Shown piece after piece: positions 1 through 14,045 of a DNA stretch of 38,078 nucleotides. The translations under genes were made by a program, and so were the position numbers. Source of the DNA: Octopus bimaculoides (Eukaryota); contig NC_068983.1 of assembly GCF_001194135.2 (NCBI RefSeq), positions 129,220,004-129,258,081 on the forward strand. The letters run 5' to 3'. Within the stretch, counting starts at the first letter, position 1; every line of letters starts with the position of its first letter. The notes beneath the pieces are model-generated. The model was not told the DNA's origin. It ran no database searches and worked only from the letters and a program-made list of their open reading frames with translations.

Positions 1-2274
1 TATATATATATATATATACAGTGAGTTAAAAGATGATCTCACTCGAAATTATTCGTCATCTTTATAATTATTTATTTAGTATCTGTTTGTCGCTTCTTAC
101 TGTAAGATAACTGCATACAGCAGAGTCACTTGCGTACCACAAAAATTGGGCGCTACCAAATTTTATGTGTTAGTTGGTCTCATCTTGCATTTTTTAATTT
201 TTATCATTAGTATATCTTTCTCGCAATTCGATTGTCGAATGACATAGTATTACATTGATCAAATCAATTTAGCTATCACGCACGTATCTATTTCTGTTTT
301 TCCACTCATCTTGGACAGTATCAAAGGTGGAATGTAAAGTGTGTAGTTGTAATTCTCGGTGCGGAATAACATCAGAGATCTTCCTTTTGTATCTCGCTGT
401 AGAACTTCGTCATCCAGCACTATACTATCTCTTTTCATCGTCAGATTCCATGATAAGACAAGTGATATACTTTTAAGAGGCCAATGAAAAGGACATGTGA
501 ATGTCCGACATACATATGTGTGAGAATATTTGTAAGATTGCATACGTGTCCGTATGCACCAATTTCTAGATGCATCACTGTGTGTATTTATGTGTTTCAG
601 TGTTTACTTATACGTATGAGGAAGGATCCCAACTTCTCATATAATCATCAGACTATTTAACTTTGTTTGACAAATTTTGAAACACAAATTATAGCTAATT
701 TGGTACATTAGCCTTCCTCAAATTATGCATGCTCTACTCGTTTTCATTCACTATTATGGAATAAGATGATTCGCAAATTAATGTGTTAAATTCTATACCC
801 GCCAATTTATGTTTGGCTGCACGAAACATGTTCATGTGTCTTTAGAATAATAATGGGATTGCCTCATTGAAATTGTTAATCTTTGACTTCAAATTACGTT
901 TAGTAACATGCAACATGTTTTAATTTCAAACACATTTGTTTTATGGACATTTCTATTTTGAGTGAGCATTTAACTCTTAATAAAGGTCCCGTAGCTAACT
1001 GCTGGATACTCTTTTTTTTTTTGAAATTCGACATATTTCTATATATGAAGGAAGCTCCATATGAAGGAAGCTCAAATATGTACCTTCGCTGCCTACTTCG
1101 CAGTTTCTGCTATAACGTACGTCGCTAGTAACCTTTTGCGATTTTCCGTTCGGCAAGAATGCAATAATATAAAATTTAGTGACCCGATGATCCTGATTGT
1201 GTAGAAATACTAAAATACATTATTCATTTGGCTGTAATTTTTGGTATTTCATAAAAGTTCAATGAATTAAATAATTAAAAGAAACTGAGTTGACATGATG
1301 AACGTCCATATCGAAACCTTAATATATAATGCGTTGTTTGGCGTATAACATTGACCAGATATCTCGTGTTACTTTAAATGACAATAAAAATAATATTAAA
1401 AAAGGTGCTACTCAACACATATTAACCATGCGATCCCCAACATTCTGAAAAGTCAACACAGTACTTATGTTTGTCTGTAATCTAATTTCAGCAACTAAAT
1501 TCTAGTATCACATATTATAAGACGAAACGATTAAGAAAATCATTTAGGAAACATGAAAGATTATCGGAAAGCAAACACGAAACATTTCTTCACACATATA
1601 GTTTGGAGTATACAGTATTTTTCTCCAAACCATAATAGATATAAACGCAATTCGAAATTTGAACGTCTTGTTTTCGATTAAGGAAAAATGAACAAATAAA
1701 ATGAATATACCATTTTCTTCATTTTTCTCCCTTCTTATCACACTCCCTCCCTCACTCAGTTCTTCAAGCCAAATCAATGGTACATCTCAGAAAAGCTAAT
1801 AACGGAAATGTTCACTATGCCAGTTTTTAAATGAGTGACGACAAACCAACATTATCAAAGATGGATATTGACTCGGTGCATGCAATTTCAAGTGACAATG
1901 AGAGAATTGAAAGGAAAACCCATCACTCCATTAAAATGCAATTTCAGAAATTTAAGTAGAACTAACTTAAAATCAGTCTCTAAAATCTGTAGCTGCTCAA
2001 TCGCCACATTCCCAGAAATATATTTTCATTTAATTCTGGGCTGGATTAGTCGAGATTTACATAGAAGTACAAATTGAAATGTATCTCGATTGGTCAGCAA
2101 AAGAGAAAATGAAGAAACAAATTTCGAAAAAAAAAAATGCTGCAATGTGAACTATTTTTTATGCAAAGAGATACCTGACATAAAATAGTTGATATTTATT
2201 GCGCTGTGTCTTATCCATAACAGCCTGTGTTGAACACACAATATCAATGTTGTTAATATATATGCTGTAAAATC

Positions 2275-2347
2275 AGGCGGCGAACTGTCAAAAACGTTAG
2301 CACGCCGGTTGTAATGCATTGCAGTATTTTGTCGGTCTTTACGTTAT
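2275..2347 (+). mobile_element. tRNA-derived SINE family A, 5' head fragment
   Basis: AGGCGGCGAACTGTCAAAAACGTTAGCACGCCGG...TTTTGTCGGTCTTTACGTT is the reverse complement of the ends of the copies at 12403, 29762 and 31821. Confidence 0.65.
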
Positions 2348-5300
2348 ATGTTCATGTATCTCTGAATGCATGAGAATGCGTGTGTGTACATAAAGGAAGG
2401 AAGTGAGTGGAACCATAAAAAGTGACACAGGAATGTGTTTAATAGCGAGATTTTTTTATATTTCCTACAATAAGAAATATCTTCAAGTATCTAAAGAATT
2501 GACTGATTAATTCTCTCGATGTCTTCATTATAAATGGTTAATTCCATAAAGGTATCAAACTTGGTATTGCTTATTCGAATTTTAATATTAAAGTACAGCC
2601 ATAAAGTAATATTTCTTCCGTTATAATATCTTTCAGACTTTGTTAACTGCTATTTTACTGTTGTTATTGGAGAATTGGATAGAGCTAAATTTCTTCCTTT
2701 CATTAAATCCTGATACTGGGTAATCTGTAAATAATAATTACGTATGGAAATATGATATATTATTCTAGTTGTATAGGATAGATGGAATTAACATTTACAC
2801 TTATATATATCTGAAAGTTTATGTACACGATGCATTGAAGAAGACTCTCTGAGATCCTATAATCTAAAGTGCTGAAGCAATAACTACTGCATCCGTCCGA
2901 ACATAGATGTTTACGTTAGGTAATATGTCATTAATTTTGGGAACTGTTATATTTTGAATAAAAATATTATTTCGGACGATAATATAACTTCAGATAGTCT
3001 GAAAGACTGCTGTACTAATCGAGACGATACTGTTATAGATAAGTTCAAACAGAGCAGTCCAGTATATAAATAATGCTAAGTCCACCACAAATATGAATGG
3101 AATAAACGTTAAACTACAGAATGTGTAAGATACTTACGTATATGGTATGCAAAATGTAGTTACTTTATTTCTAGTAAAGAATACCAAAATACATACTGCA
3201 TAAACTGGTTGCTCCCATAATTTATAAATTATTAGCTAGATGTTCTGAAATATATAGACATATATCAACATAACGAATGTATATTCTCTGCTGGAGGAAT
3301 AAACAAAACCATTTCGAATATTTGCAATGGCTATTCCCATTTGATATCTATTTGTTTATCAATCTATTTATACCTACCGCTCCCATCTCTCTCTTTCTCT
3401 CTCTCTCTCTTTCTCTCTNNNNNNNNNNNNNNNNNNNNNNNNNNNNNNNNNNNNNNNNNNNNNNNNNNNNNNNNNNNNNNNNNNNNNNNNNNNNNNNNNN
3501 NNNNNNNNNNNNNNNNNNNNNNNNNNNNNNNNNNNNNNNNNNNNNNNNNNNNNNNNNNNNNNNNNNNNNNNNNNNNNNNNNNNNNNNNNNNNNNNNNNNN
3601 NNNNNNNNNNNNNNNNNNNNNNNNNNNNNNNNNNNNNNNNNNNNNNNNNNNNNNNNNNNNNNNNNNNNNNNNNNNNNNNNNNNNNNNNNNNNNNNNNNNN
3701 NNNNNNNNNNNNNNNNNNNNNNNNNNNNNNNNNNNNNNNNNNNNNNNNNNNNNNNNNNNNNNNNNNNNNNNNNNNNNNNNNNNNNNNNNNNNNNNNNNNN
3801 NNNNNNNNNNNNNNNNNNNNNNNNNNNNNNNNNNNNNNNNNNNNNNNNNNNNNNNNNNNNNNNNNNNNNNNNNNNNNNNNNNNNNNNNNNNNNNNNNNNN
3901 NNNNNNNNNNNNNNNNNNNNNNNNNNNNNNNNNNNNNNNNNNNNNNNNNNNNNNNNNNNNNNNNNNNNNNNNNNNNNNNNNNNNNNNNNNNNNNNNNNNN
4001 NNNNNNNNNNNNNNNNNNNNNNNNNNNNNNNNNNNNNNNNNNNNNNNNNNNNNNNNNNNNNNNNNNNNNNNNNNNNNNNNNNNNNNNNNNNNNNNNNNNN
4101 NNNNNNNNNNNNNNNNNNNNNNNNNNNNNNNNNNNNNNNNNNNNNNNNNNNNNNNNNNNNNNNNNNNNNNNNNNNNNNNNNNNNNNNNNNNNNNNNNNNN
4201 NNNNNNNNNNNNNNNNNNNNNNNNNNNNNNNNNNNNNNNNNNNNNNNNNNNNNNNNNNNNNNNNNNNNNNNNNNNNNNNNNNNNNNNNNNNNNNNNNNNN
4301 NNNNNNNNNNNNNNNNNNNNNNNNNNNNNNNNNNNNNNNNNNNNNNNNNNNNNNNNNNNNNNNNNNNNNNNNNNNNNNNNNNNNNNNNNNNNNNNNNNNN
4401 NNNNNNNNNNNNNGAGAGGTCATGAGGGAGCGAGTACTTTTTGTGCTCACTTACATCGCGTAGGATACCGCTTTCTTCAATATTCAGTACACTGTTAATG
4501 TATTTATTTTGCTGTTTATTTTTAGAAATTGTTCCTTCAGATCAACAATTCAATTTTCAAAGGCTGTCTACAAAAGCCCCTTATTTCCTTTGTATCGTGT
4601 TATGTAGACACTAATTTTGTGGAGATTTCGTGTTGATGTTAGAATCTTGCAGGTTTTAATGTCTATGAATTTCTTCTGCCGACCACTCATGTATACCAAA
4701 CGCTGGAATCCGCACTACTACTGCAAATGTATCGTGGAATATTGTAGTATACGAGGAGAGTTCAAACTGTTATATTCTTTTTGCGCGTGGGGTAAACACT
4801 ACCACCACCACATTTATTTGTAAAAACAACACCAGCCATACATATATATATTTATACAGATTGAAACAGGAAGAAGGAACAATGGGCTTTAATTACAAAT
4901 TACAACATCTGTTTCTGTGCCGTTGCTCCATATTTATGTTGCTCAATTTTTATTCTCATACTATTTCAGAAAATTATTTCCTAAAAAATTACATGAATGA
5001 ATATGATTCAGGAACAACCGTGTGCCCATATTCCATATGTCAGAATACTCTTCACATGCCTTAAGAACAACTTACCTAATGATGTAACGGCTCATACTCG
5101 TTGCCGAATTATATTCACTTACGTAATTATTTATGAAAACATATTAAGAAATTTAATATAAAATAAAAAGCAGCACACTAAAGTTCAGTTCACTGCACAG
5201 GAAGAATTGTTGTAATTTGTAATTATAGTTTGTTTTATTTAATTTTCTTATAAATTTCAGCAAACAAAGGGAATTCAACATGGTCATCTACTTCAGAAAA

Positions 5301-8179
5301 CATCATTATTGTATAATGGCAATTGGTAACCGGTAACAGAGTAGGAACTCTTAAATATNNNNNNNNNNNNNNNNNNNNNNNNNNNNNNNNNNNNNNNNNN
5401 NNNNNNNNNNNNNNNNNNNNNNNNNNNNNNNNNNNNNNNNNNNNNNNNNNNNNNNNNNNNNNNNNNNNNNNNNNNNNNNNNNNNNNNNNNNNNNNNNNNN
5501 NNNNNNNNNNNNNNNNNNNNNNNNNNNNNNNNNNNNNNNNNNNNNNNNNNNNNNNNNNNNNNNNNNNNNNNNNNNNNNNNNNNNNNNNNNNNNNNNNNNN
5601 NNNNNNNNNNNNNNNNNNNNNNNNNNNNNNNNNNNNNNNNNNNNNNNNNNNNNNNNNNNNNNNNNNNNNNNNNNNNNNNNNNNNNNNNNNNNNNNNNNNN
5701 NNNNNNNNNNNNNNNNNNNNNNNNNNNNNNNNNNNNNNNNNNNNNNNNNNNNNNNNNNNNNNNNNNNNNNNNNNNNNNNNNNNNNNNNNNNNNNNNNNNN
5801 NNNNNNNNNNNNNNNNNNNNNNNNNNNNNNNNNNNNNNNNNNNNNNNNNNNNNNNNNNNNNNNNNNNNNNNNNNNNNNNNNNNNNNNNNNNNNNNNNNNN
5901 NNNNNNNNNNNNNNNNNNNNNNNNNNNNNNNNNNNNNNNNNNNNNNNNNNNNNNNNNNNNNNNNNNNNNNNNNNNNNNNNNNNNNNNNNNNNNNNNNNNN
6001 NNNNNNNNNNNNNNNNNNNNNNNNNNNNNNNNNNNNNNNNNNNNNNNNNNNNNNNNNNNNNNNNNNNNNNNNNNNNNNNNNNNATATATATATATATATG
6101 CACATATGAACTAGTATATAAATGAGTGTGTATGTGTGCAGGTGCATGTGGAAGTTCGTGTATATATAGATATACTTGTTTGTGTATATGGTCACTTAAT
6201 GATATATATGTAGCTCCCTACCATATCTCCGAATAGAAATGATTCAATTCATTATACTTTCCATGCAATTTGTCGGTGATTATGAATGTAATCTTCCTGT
6301 ATTTTTTGTATCGGTTTTTCTTCTTTTTTTTGCCTATGTCACATTATTTTGGATGAACACAACTAAGAAAGGAAAAATAAAGCGTCGTTGAAATTTATGA
6401 TTTATATTGCTTCATGTTGAGTGCGCAGCCGAATGAACGGGAATATATGTTAATGATCATTAGCTCCTACTTTCTAACTAATCACCTTTTCCTACATCAA
6501 AACCATGATATACATATATATATAATTTATTATGTTTACTAATCCTTTCTCGTGAAGATTTATATTTGTAAGTGAATGTGAGTTTCCACAAGGGACCGTT
6601 GTGCATACAAACTCTTCACAAACTAGAGACTCATAGGATTGTTTACATATGTTTCTAAAAATAATAAAGAAATATGTTGTAAGAGAGATTTCCGAACAAA
6701 TGTTAGCCAAAATATCTCTGACGGTTTGATTTAAATAAAATATAAATAAAATATAATAAAACAAAGATCAAAAATAGAACCTCTCATTATTAATTGTCTG
6801 GGAAGAAAACAACTGATAAATTTACATATGAGGGACTCACTTTCCTATGGATGCATATACAGATCGGCGAATAGTTACAAACCGAAGAACATAGTCACGT
6901 ATGATAACATTTGACAATGGTATATGTTCCAGTTTGAAACGTATTGTATACTCAAGTGGGTTCAAAATACAAAACAACGTCAAGACATGCTTGCATTATC
7001 ATCGCATTTCGGATGACCACTTACCAAACAGTTACTGTAACTTAGTTCTTCAGCATTTACAATAGACACTCTAGTGGTTGGGAGGTGGCAATTCAAATCG
7101 TAAGTATATTCAAAGCCAATGGCAATTTACCGTGTTACTGTATTAAAAGCGTCTTTACGCCAGAGAAATTTGCGTTTCAGAAATTAAAGATTATACATAT
7201 ATAATTACAGACACACTAACATACATGTAAACAAACACATACAAATATTTGTACGTGTGTGTGTGAGTGTATATATATATATATATATATAATTTTTGTA
7301 TTTGTTTCCAAGATTCTTGTTTGTAAATTTGTGTTTCCAAAAAATATTTATTGCGTCTGCAGTGAGTCAACGAATTTTTTTTTTAAACAGGAAATATGTA
7401 GATGAGTGGAAATCGAAACGGTGTGTGTGTTTAGAAATAAGATAATGAAAGTGAATGACTCGCCCGAGACGCAATAATATATATATATATATATATCTAA
7501 AACTGCATGATAGCATATAAATTCGCATCTATATGCATATATATGTATATCATACATATATCATTCAGTAGACAGTTCTATACGTATATGCGTATATATC
7601 TAAGAATAAATGTATGTTTTTTTGGGGTGAGGTGGGGAGATATACCCGTAATGTTATCAAGCTAGATATTAGTTTACATAATTTTTATTTTATTTTTGTT
7701 TGTCTTTATTACTGAGCTGAATGTACTATTAAAAGAACAGATTACACATCCCCAAAATGGAACCAAAAAAAAGAAGAAAAATAGCAGAATAAATAAACAA
7801 AAACGTAAAAAAAGAAAGCATTTTAAGGTAAACAGAAACTAAACAAACGCTAATATCTCCAACCTTAACACTTCATGTAGCCAACTTTTTACTGAATAAT
7901 TCAATAGAGATTCAAACAATAGGTGTTATATTTTCACGTTTTTAAATATTCCATTGCAGTATTTGCACAGAAGATATGTCTAATATATAATTTAGCCAAG
8001 ACATTAAAGTACGGATATATAACATTGTTTCCTTGTGAACCATCAGCGCCTGCATTAATTCTATTGTCACCCAGGATAAGCCATTTATAGAATTTCGTAT
8101 AAAGGTGTTATACAGATAAAAATGGAAAACTTATATTGTGAATATCTTGAAATAAATACACGAGAATACATACATTCAT

Positions 8180-8264
8180 GCATACTTATATATGCATGTG
8201 TACGTGTGTGTAGATATATATGTATATTTAGATTTGTATACATAAATATATTCATATATATATA

Positions 8265-8357
<93 letters not shown>

Positions 8358-8530
8358 TTATATTTATATACATGTACAATTATGTGTATGTGTGTGTATA
8401 CTTACATATCTATATATAAATAAATATATATGCATATACATTTATTTATATATATATATATATAATCATGTGTATGTGCGCACGTGTGTGTGTGGGGGGG
8501 TTTATGAATATATATGTTTATATATATATA
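8180..8530. repeat. (TA)n / (TG)n microsatellite cluster
   Basis: Long (TA)n at about 8280-8356 within a degenerate TA/TG tract. Confidence 0.95.
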
Positions 8531-9291
8531 TTAGAACGTATTCCGATAGATGTGCAGAAGCACATGGCGTTTATAGCACATAATTTCAATATGATTATAA
8601 TATATCTCCATATACACATATCTGTTTACAAGAATAAACAGGTAAAATTGCTCCTAACTTTATTTACCTTACAAGTGTTTCGTTTGATTATCAATATTTA
8701 ATGTACTCTTAATATGATAGAAATTAACTCTGTTACACACTTCTGTGTTTGGTTAAGTGAACTCGCATAAATAGATTACTTGCTACTCATCGTGTTGAAT
8801 ATTATCTACAAATATGCCTTCAAATATTATCCTACGCACACACATCCACATACACACACATCCACATATACTTTACATATGAACACACACACACACATAT
8901 ATTAAGTGTGTGTATATAGTACTAAATGCATATATGTTTGTGTAGACACACACATATATATTGGAGTGTGTAGATATGTGTGTGTATATGTGTCTATGCA
9001 GCGTAACACAACATATACACGCACTCACACATAGTAATGTATTGTAGATACACGTGATTCTGCATAATTTTTGATGATACGCTTTTGTATATTTCCATAT
9101 ATTATATAGGAATACATATGCCGAATCTGCATATGTGTGTGCCACTACGTGTGCAAAACTCTTATGCCTACAATGTTATTTATACAAACACACATTTATA
9201 AACGTGAACGTCTGTAAATTCTACATGCATGAATGTGTATACACATATACATCTTTAATACTTTCGCCTCCAATTCTTTCTTTTATGACTT

Positions 9292-9470
9292 TGTGTTTCT
9301 CTCACTGTGTGTTTCTCTCACTGTGTGTTTCTCTCACTGTGTGTTTCTCTCTCCCCCCATCTCTCTCTCCCCCTCTCTCTCTCTCTCCCTCTCTCTTCCT
9401 CCCCATCTCTCTCTCTCTCTCCCTCTCTCTTCCTCCCCCTCTCTCTCTCTACTTCTTTCACCTTCTTTCA
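9292..9470 (+). repeat. 16-bp minisatellite (TGTGTTTCTCTCACTG, nearly 4 copies) running into CT-rich tract
   Basis: Direct reading of the sequence. Confidence 0.9.
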
Positions 9471-10164
9471 TCTTTCATTGGCATGTAGGCTAATTTTATT
9501 CTACTTAAGTATAAATTTGCAGGTTTTGTCATTGCAAATATCTCATCGCAGTTCTTCATTTGATATAATATTCCTTAATACCCAACGCCCATATGTTGCA
9601 AATAGATTATATTAAATGATATGTATACTTGAATACAGCTCAGCATTTTTAGTAATATACATATTCAGATAAATGTATATCTATAATATCTATTTTAAAT
9701 ATTTCTAAATCTCCTATTTTGCACTTAAATTTTACGATATGATATTTTAAAAAGACATCTGTATAATATTTTTCGTAAATATTCCCCATAACAATTCTTA
9801 TTTTAAGGGGAATGCAAGTACGTTGCTATGATATTAACATTAGATTATCTAGAACAGCGATTCTGTGGAAATTGAAACACGTTGAAATCTGTTGCCAAAG
9901 TATCTTAGAACCGATCACTACTGTATGAAAGATTGTACCTTAAAAATACGATCTACACGTGTAAAATCGGTAACGAGTAACGATTTCATTAATCATTCTT
10001 CTAAATAATGTATCAGATTTAATATAGATTCATAAAAAATAATTAAAAAATCGTGCTTGATCTTTGCATGGAACTTTACAACTCTGGTCAGGATTTTTAG
10101 TGTTATCTGAGTTCATCAGGGAAATTGACATTCTACCGCACATAAAATTCATTTACCCGCACAT

Positions 10165-10477
10165 TGTTACAGTAAATAATTTTAGTATATATTCACTGAG
10201 AAGTCTTCTTCGTCTTTACTTCAGTACAATCTGTGCAATGTTTTATACTGCTATGTCTCAACGCTACTGCTATCTATCACCTTCGGATGATCTGTACTCA
10301 ACCGCTACACAACTGCTACTCGACTGCTACTCAACACTCCTACCACAGTCAGACTACCTTTATTTATATGTCTTGAGAGATCCTACTTCTTCGCCTGGGG
10401 GCGTCGACACAACAGATAACCTTAATCTGGTCGTAACTTAAAGAAACTCGTGATTTGTTATATTGAGCATTTTAACA
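10165..10477 (-). mobile_element. Candidate solo LTR
   Basis: Inverted termini TGTTA...TAACA, GC-richer core, TATA-like CATATAAATAAA and AGTAAA on the minus strand. No matching target-site duplication (CACAT vs TCAAT). Confidence 0.3.
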
Positions 10478-10749
10478 TCAATTTTACTGTTTATTAGTCA
10501 TAAGATGCAGCCTTTGTGATTCAAGAAAAATATAGATATATTGGTGCCTTGAAGGTGGTGATCATATGCCAGCTCATTTATGGCTGTCCAATACTTAAAC
10601 AGCTGCAACAACAAACCGTTCCCACTTCAATCTTGACATAAATGCCATTTCTATCATAACACTTCCATTTTCTTTCTTCATTAAATATCATTGTTATACT
10701 TCGTCGCTTACAGATATATTGTGAAAAGTATTTTATGTCTTATTTTATA

Positions 10750-10753
<4 letters not shown>

Positions 10754-10816
<63 letters not shown>
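10754..10816. repeat. (TA)n microsatellite
   Basis: Direct reading of the sequence. Confidence 0.95.
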
Positions 10817-10817
<1 letters not shown>

Positions 10818-12402
10818 CAAAGGCATATATTTTAAATATTCCATTTTATACCCTAGGTGTAAGTTTCTGATTTGACTGATATATCTTTAGAACACTGTCA
10901 TTTGTATCTCAAATCGTTCTCATGGGCGTATGGTTCAGCTGGCCCGAAAGCCTAGTGTTTGAACCTTTGTGTACTTATTTTCAGAAGTACTTGCTGTGCA
11001 AAGTAAACATATTGAAGATTTAATATTTATGAATATTTGGTAACAACCGAACATCAGATGCTATGAATCAAATGCGCAATATAATTGTTCATATTCTAAT
11101 GTCCAAACAAAATTATCTCCAATAATATATTCAGTTGCAAGTATTTATCTACAGGCTGATATCATTAATGCTTATAGGTCACACATCAAACTCGAATCAT
11201 TGAAATGTAATTAATATCTGCGCGCATAGTGAAGCTATGTGAAATTTTGAATACGCCATCCCTCCTTTTCTTTTTCTTTCCACTCTTACTGTCTGGCGTG
11301 GAATCACTTCTGTATTTCATTTTCAATCCACTTCTATCTCATTCTCCACCTCTCTCATTTTCTCCCATTCACTCTTGTCGGGTCATCTCTCTTTAATTTC
11401 CTCTAAGTCTCTCAGCAGCACAACATCCTTTACAATTTTTAATAGGATGGTACCAACATTGCATATTACTGTTTAGTAAGCTTCGTACTGCTGGAATTAA
11501 TCTTATAGCGACCTGTATACGTAATATTGCTTTAATTATGGATGGAAGCCAATTTCCTTTTGCGTGCGCTATTACCAAACATTTTAGGAATTATGAACGT
11601 TACCAAATTCCATTGTATCTCATTTGAAGCTTGCGTTGAAATATTGAATATGCAACATTTCATCTTGCATTTGGGGAGATTGCCTTGTCAACATTAATAA
11701 TATTCGACCAATCCTAGACAAGAAAATGCTTTCAATCATGTGTGTCATTTGAACTTGCGTAATTCATGCATTCAGAGTATTTATGACGCCGTCAATGATA
11801 TTACTAGGATGTTTCAAGTTTATATATACTTTCAGTTTCATGAGGATTGAAAATACGTGTATGCATTATCAGTAACTGAACGCAAAATACAAGAAAGAAA
11901 ATCAGTAATTTAACATGGATTTAAGAAACCCAGTAGAACTAAATACTACATTCGTAATTGGAAACGATCTCCTCAGACACAGAGCACCGAAGTGTGACAT
12001 CTATGGAAAGAGTCATTTAATAGAGTCGGCTTGGGCCAACGGATTTTATGCGAAAATAGCTAGATGGAAATAAAGTGCGGTATCCAGTCGTACTGATTTT
12101 TTCTCTATTTGATATTGCCATAAATGTGAGTCATTCTCTTCATTAGTACATTACGCATTTTTGCTTCTATGGTTATAGAGCTCATTGATGGAACAATTGT
12201 ATATTCAATGCTGAAACCGATGTAGGACCATTTTCTAGAAAATCAATATGCCTTGGGATACGAATAGATATAGAGTAACTATTCTGTATATAATTGCGAT
12301 CGACTATTTCCATCTATATGTATACGACACTTTCCATCCCTATTGTCTTTTTTTTTCATTAATATCCTCCCCATTTCAACAAAATAAGATACTGAGAGCA
12401 AA

Positions 12403-12623
12403 TATTGGTCTCAATTTTTGACACAAAGCCAGTAATTTCGGATAAATTGGGGTAAGTTCATTAAGTCAAAACTAGTGATCATCCAATACTTACTTTATCG
12501 ATCCGTAAACGATGAAAAGCAACGTTGACCTGGATGGAATTTGAACTCAAATTTGAACGGCGGACGAAATGCCATTAAGCATGTTGCCCGGCGTGCTAAC
12601 GATCCTCCAACTCGCATCCTTTA
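12403..12623 (-). mobile_element. tRNA-derived SINE family A, near full length
   Basis: Shares TACTT(A)TTTATCGA..GATGAAA.GCAA.GT.GACCT.G..GGAATTTGAACTCA..ACGGACGAAATGCC..AAGCAT..GCCCGGCGTGCTAACGAT with the other copies. B-box-like GAGTTCAAATTCC on the minus strand. Confidence 0.85.
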
Positions 12624-12865
12624 CGAGAGAAAATACTGATTTGCTTAATGTAGAAGAACCATGCACGTAAGTACATTCCAGAGTGTTGTTACCTTTGTTC
12701 ATTTCGAAGCAAAAAATAAAATAAATAAAAAAACACAGCCTCTTCCGTACCGGCATAAACAATAAAACGATACAGATAATTATTTCTTTATTTATCTAAA
12801 TACACAAATACAGGTTGAATGCAGTGCCCTTAATATATACTTCTCAATTACAGGAAAATACTTAT

Positions 12866-13364
12866 ATTGCAATGAAAAATGCGGACACATGGAGATTAAT
12901 ATTCTTAACTTATTTTTCTTAACTGGAAAAATACGAGACTAGTTATTACGCCTTGAAAAGTATAGGACATGCATATTTATACTTAAAATTTTGTAGCTAT
13001 AGTTAAATTTTAATTATATATATTTAGATTTAAAAGCCATAATTAGCACTCTCTTTATTAGCTACTCTATAATGAAAATATGAACTGAAATAACAAATTT
13101 AAGGTTATAAATTTAAGGTTAAGGTTATAACATTTTTTCAATAGCTCCTTTAAAAATGTTTTTTCAATGATCATTTTTTAGTTAACTTTTAATTATAGAG
13201 TAACTAATAAAAGACTATCATTTTTAGTTTTTTAAATCTAAATATATCCTTCAATTATAACTGTAGCTGCAAAATTTTAAGCATGAATATGCTTGTCTTG
13301 GTTTTCTCTACGTTTAATAAGTTAAGAATATTAATATCCATATATTTGCATTTTTCATTGTAAT
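12866..13364. repeat. Large diverged AT-rich inverted repeat (foldback/MITE-like): arms ~12866-13086 and ~13180-13364
   Basis: The reverse complement of the right arm matches the left arm in blocks: CAATGAAAAATGC, ATTAATATTCTTAACTTATT, CTTAAAATTTTG.AGCTA.AGTTA, ATATATTTAGATTTAAAA, TTTATTAG.TACTCTATAAT. The spacer contains repeated AAATTTAAGGTTAT. Confidence 0.85.
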
Positions 13365-13794
13365 CCACGTTTATTTCAGGCAATGCAATTAAACTAATAC
13401 ATAGTCAAATTCATGATTTATGATTATATTTGATTAAAAGTTTTTCATTTTAAAACTATTCTTAAATAATTTTTCCACTTTTTTATGTTTGATTGAAGTA
13501 TAATATGAATATGTATTAATATAAAGTAAACAAAAAGAATTGTAAGAGCATTTTACTTAAAGTGGCTCATGATAAAATCGAAAATTGTAACTAAGATTAC
13601 AAAATGAGAGAATGTATCCATGCTCTCATGGCAGGGCACTCATCACCTTTGTAGTGTTCGAAAATCGGTGCCCATTTTCTCATTTTCAGTCTCTACATTT
13701 TTGGCGAGGACATGCTGCTATTTCTTGCATTTCTTCAAATAATGTTTACTCTCAAAGTAACTGGGAAAAAGAAAAAGAAAGTGATAAGAAATTT

Positions 13795-14045
13795 TATTGT
13801 GATGCAAGGGAGAAAATTCTGTGCCAGATCTGATCGCCTTCTCCAGGATTGCACGGAGAAGGGATGGCAAGAATGGTTTTTTCCAGTCAATCAACGCTGT
13901 AGAGGATTCTCAGCTCAGTCGGTATGGGGATGCTTACAGCAACTGGAATAAGGGATAAGGAGCGAAGTGTGGCTGTGCACAGGATGGGAGAGGTAGATGA
14001 AAAAGCATAATGTTGGCTTAGGTGTAAGAGACGAGTTAAGCTGGA
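13795..14045 (+). mobile_element. HERO-like non-LTR retrotransposon, C-terminal restriction-like endonuclease fragment (pseudogenised)
   Basis: LLQDCTEKGWQEWFFPVNQRCRGFSAQSVW, then a frameshift to GMLTATGIRDKERSVAVHRMGEVDEKA*CWLRCKR. This matches the pattern KY..L..C...GW...PVEVGCRGF..QS......GI......A.....E.AEKAS.WLW of HERO-type RLE C-termini. Confidence 0.75.

Noticed and set aside
259-543. 94-aa minus ORF whose LFRTENYNYTLYIPPLIL segment loosely recalls the pre-M1 region of Cys-loop or chemotactile receptors
   Set aside because: No hydrophobic M1-M3 follows, there is no Cys-loop, and no convincing splice boundaries.
1831-1959. Short ORF MSDDKPTLSKMDIDSVHAISSDNERIERKTHHSIKMQFQKFK as a possible first exon
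   Set aside because: 42 codons, weak donor site, no recognisable homology.
8122-9615. ORFs rich in YI/VC/SL/HT dipeptides (also at 32568, 33307-33729, 37335-37610)
   Set aside because: Translations of dinucleotide microsatellites.
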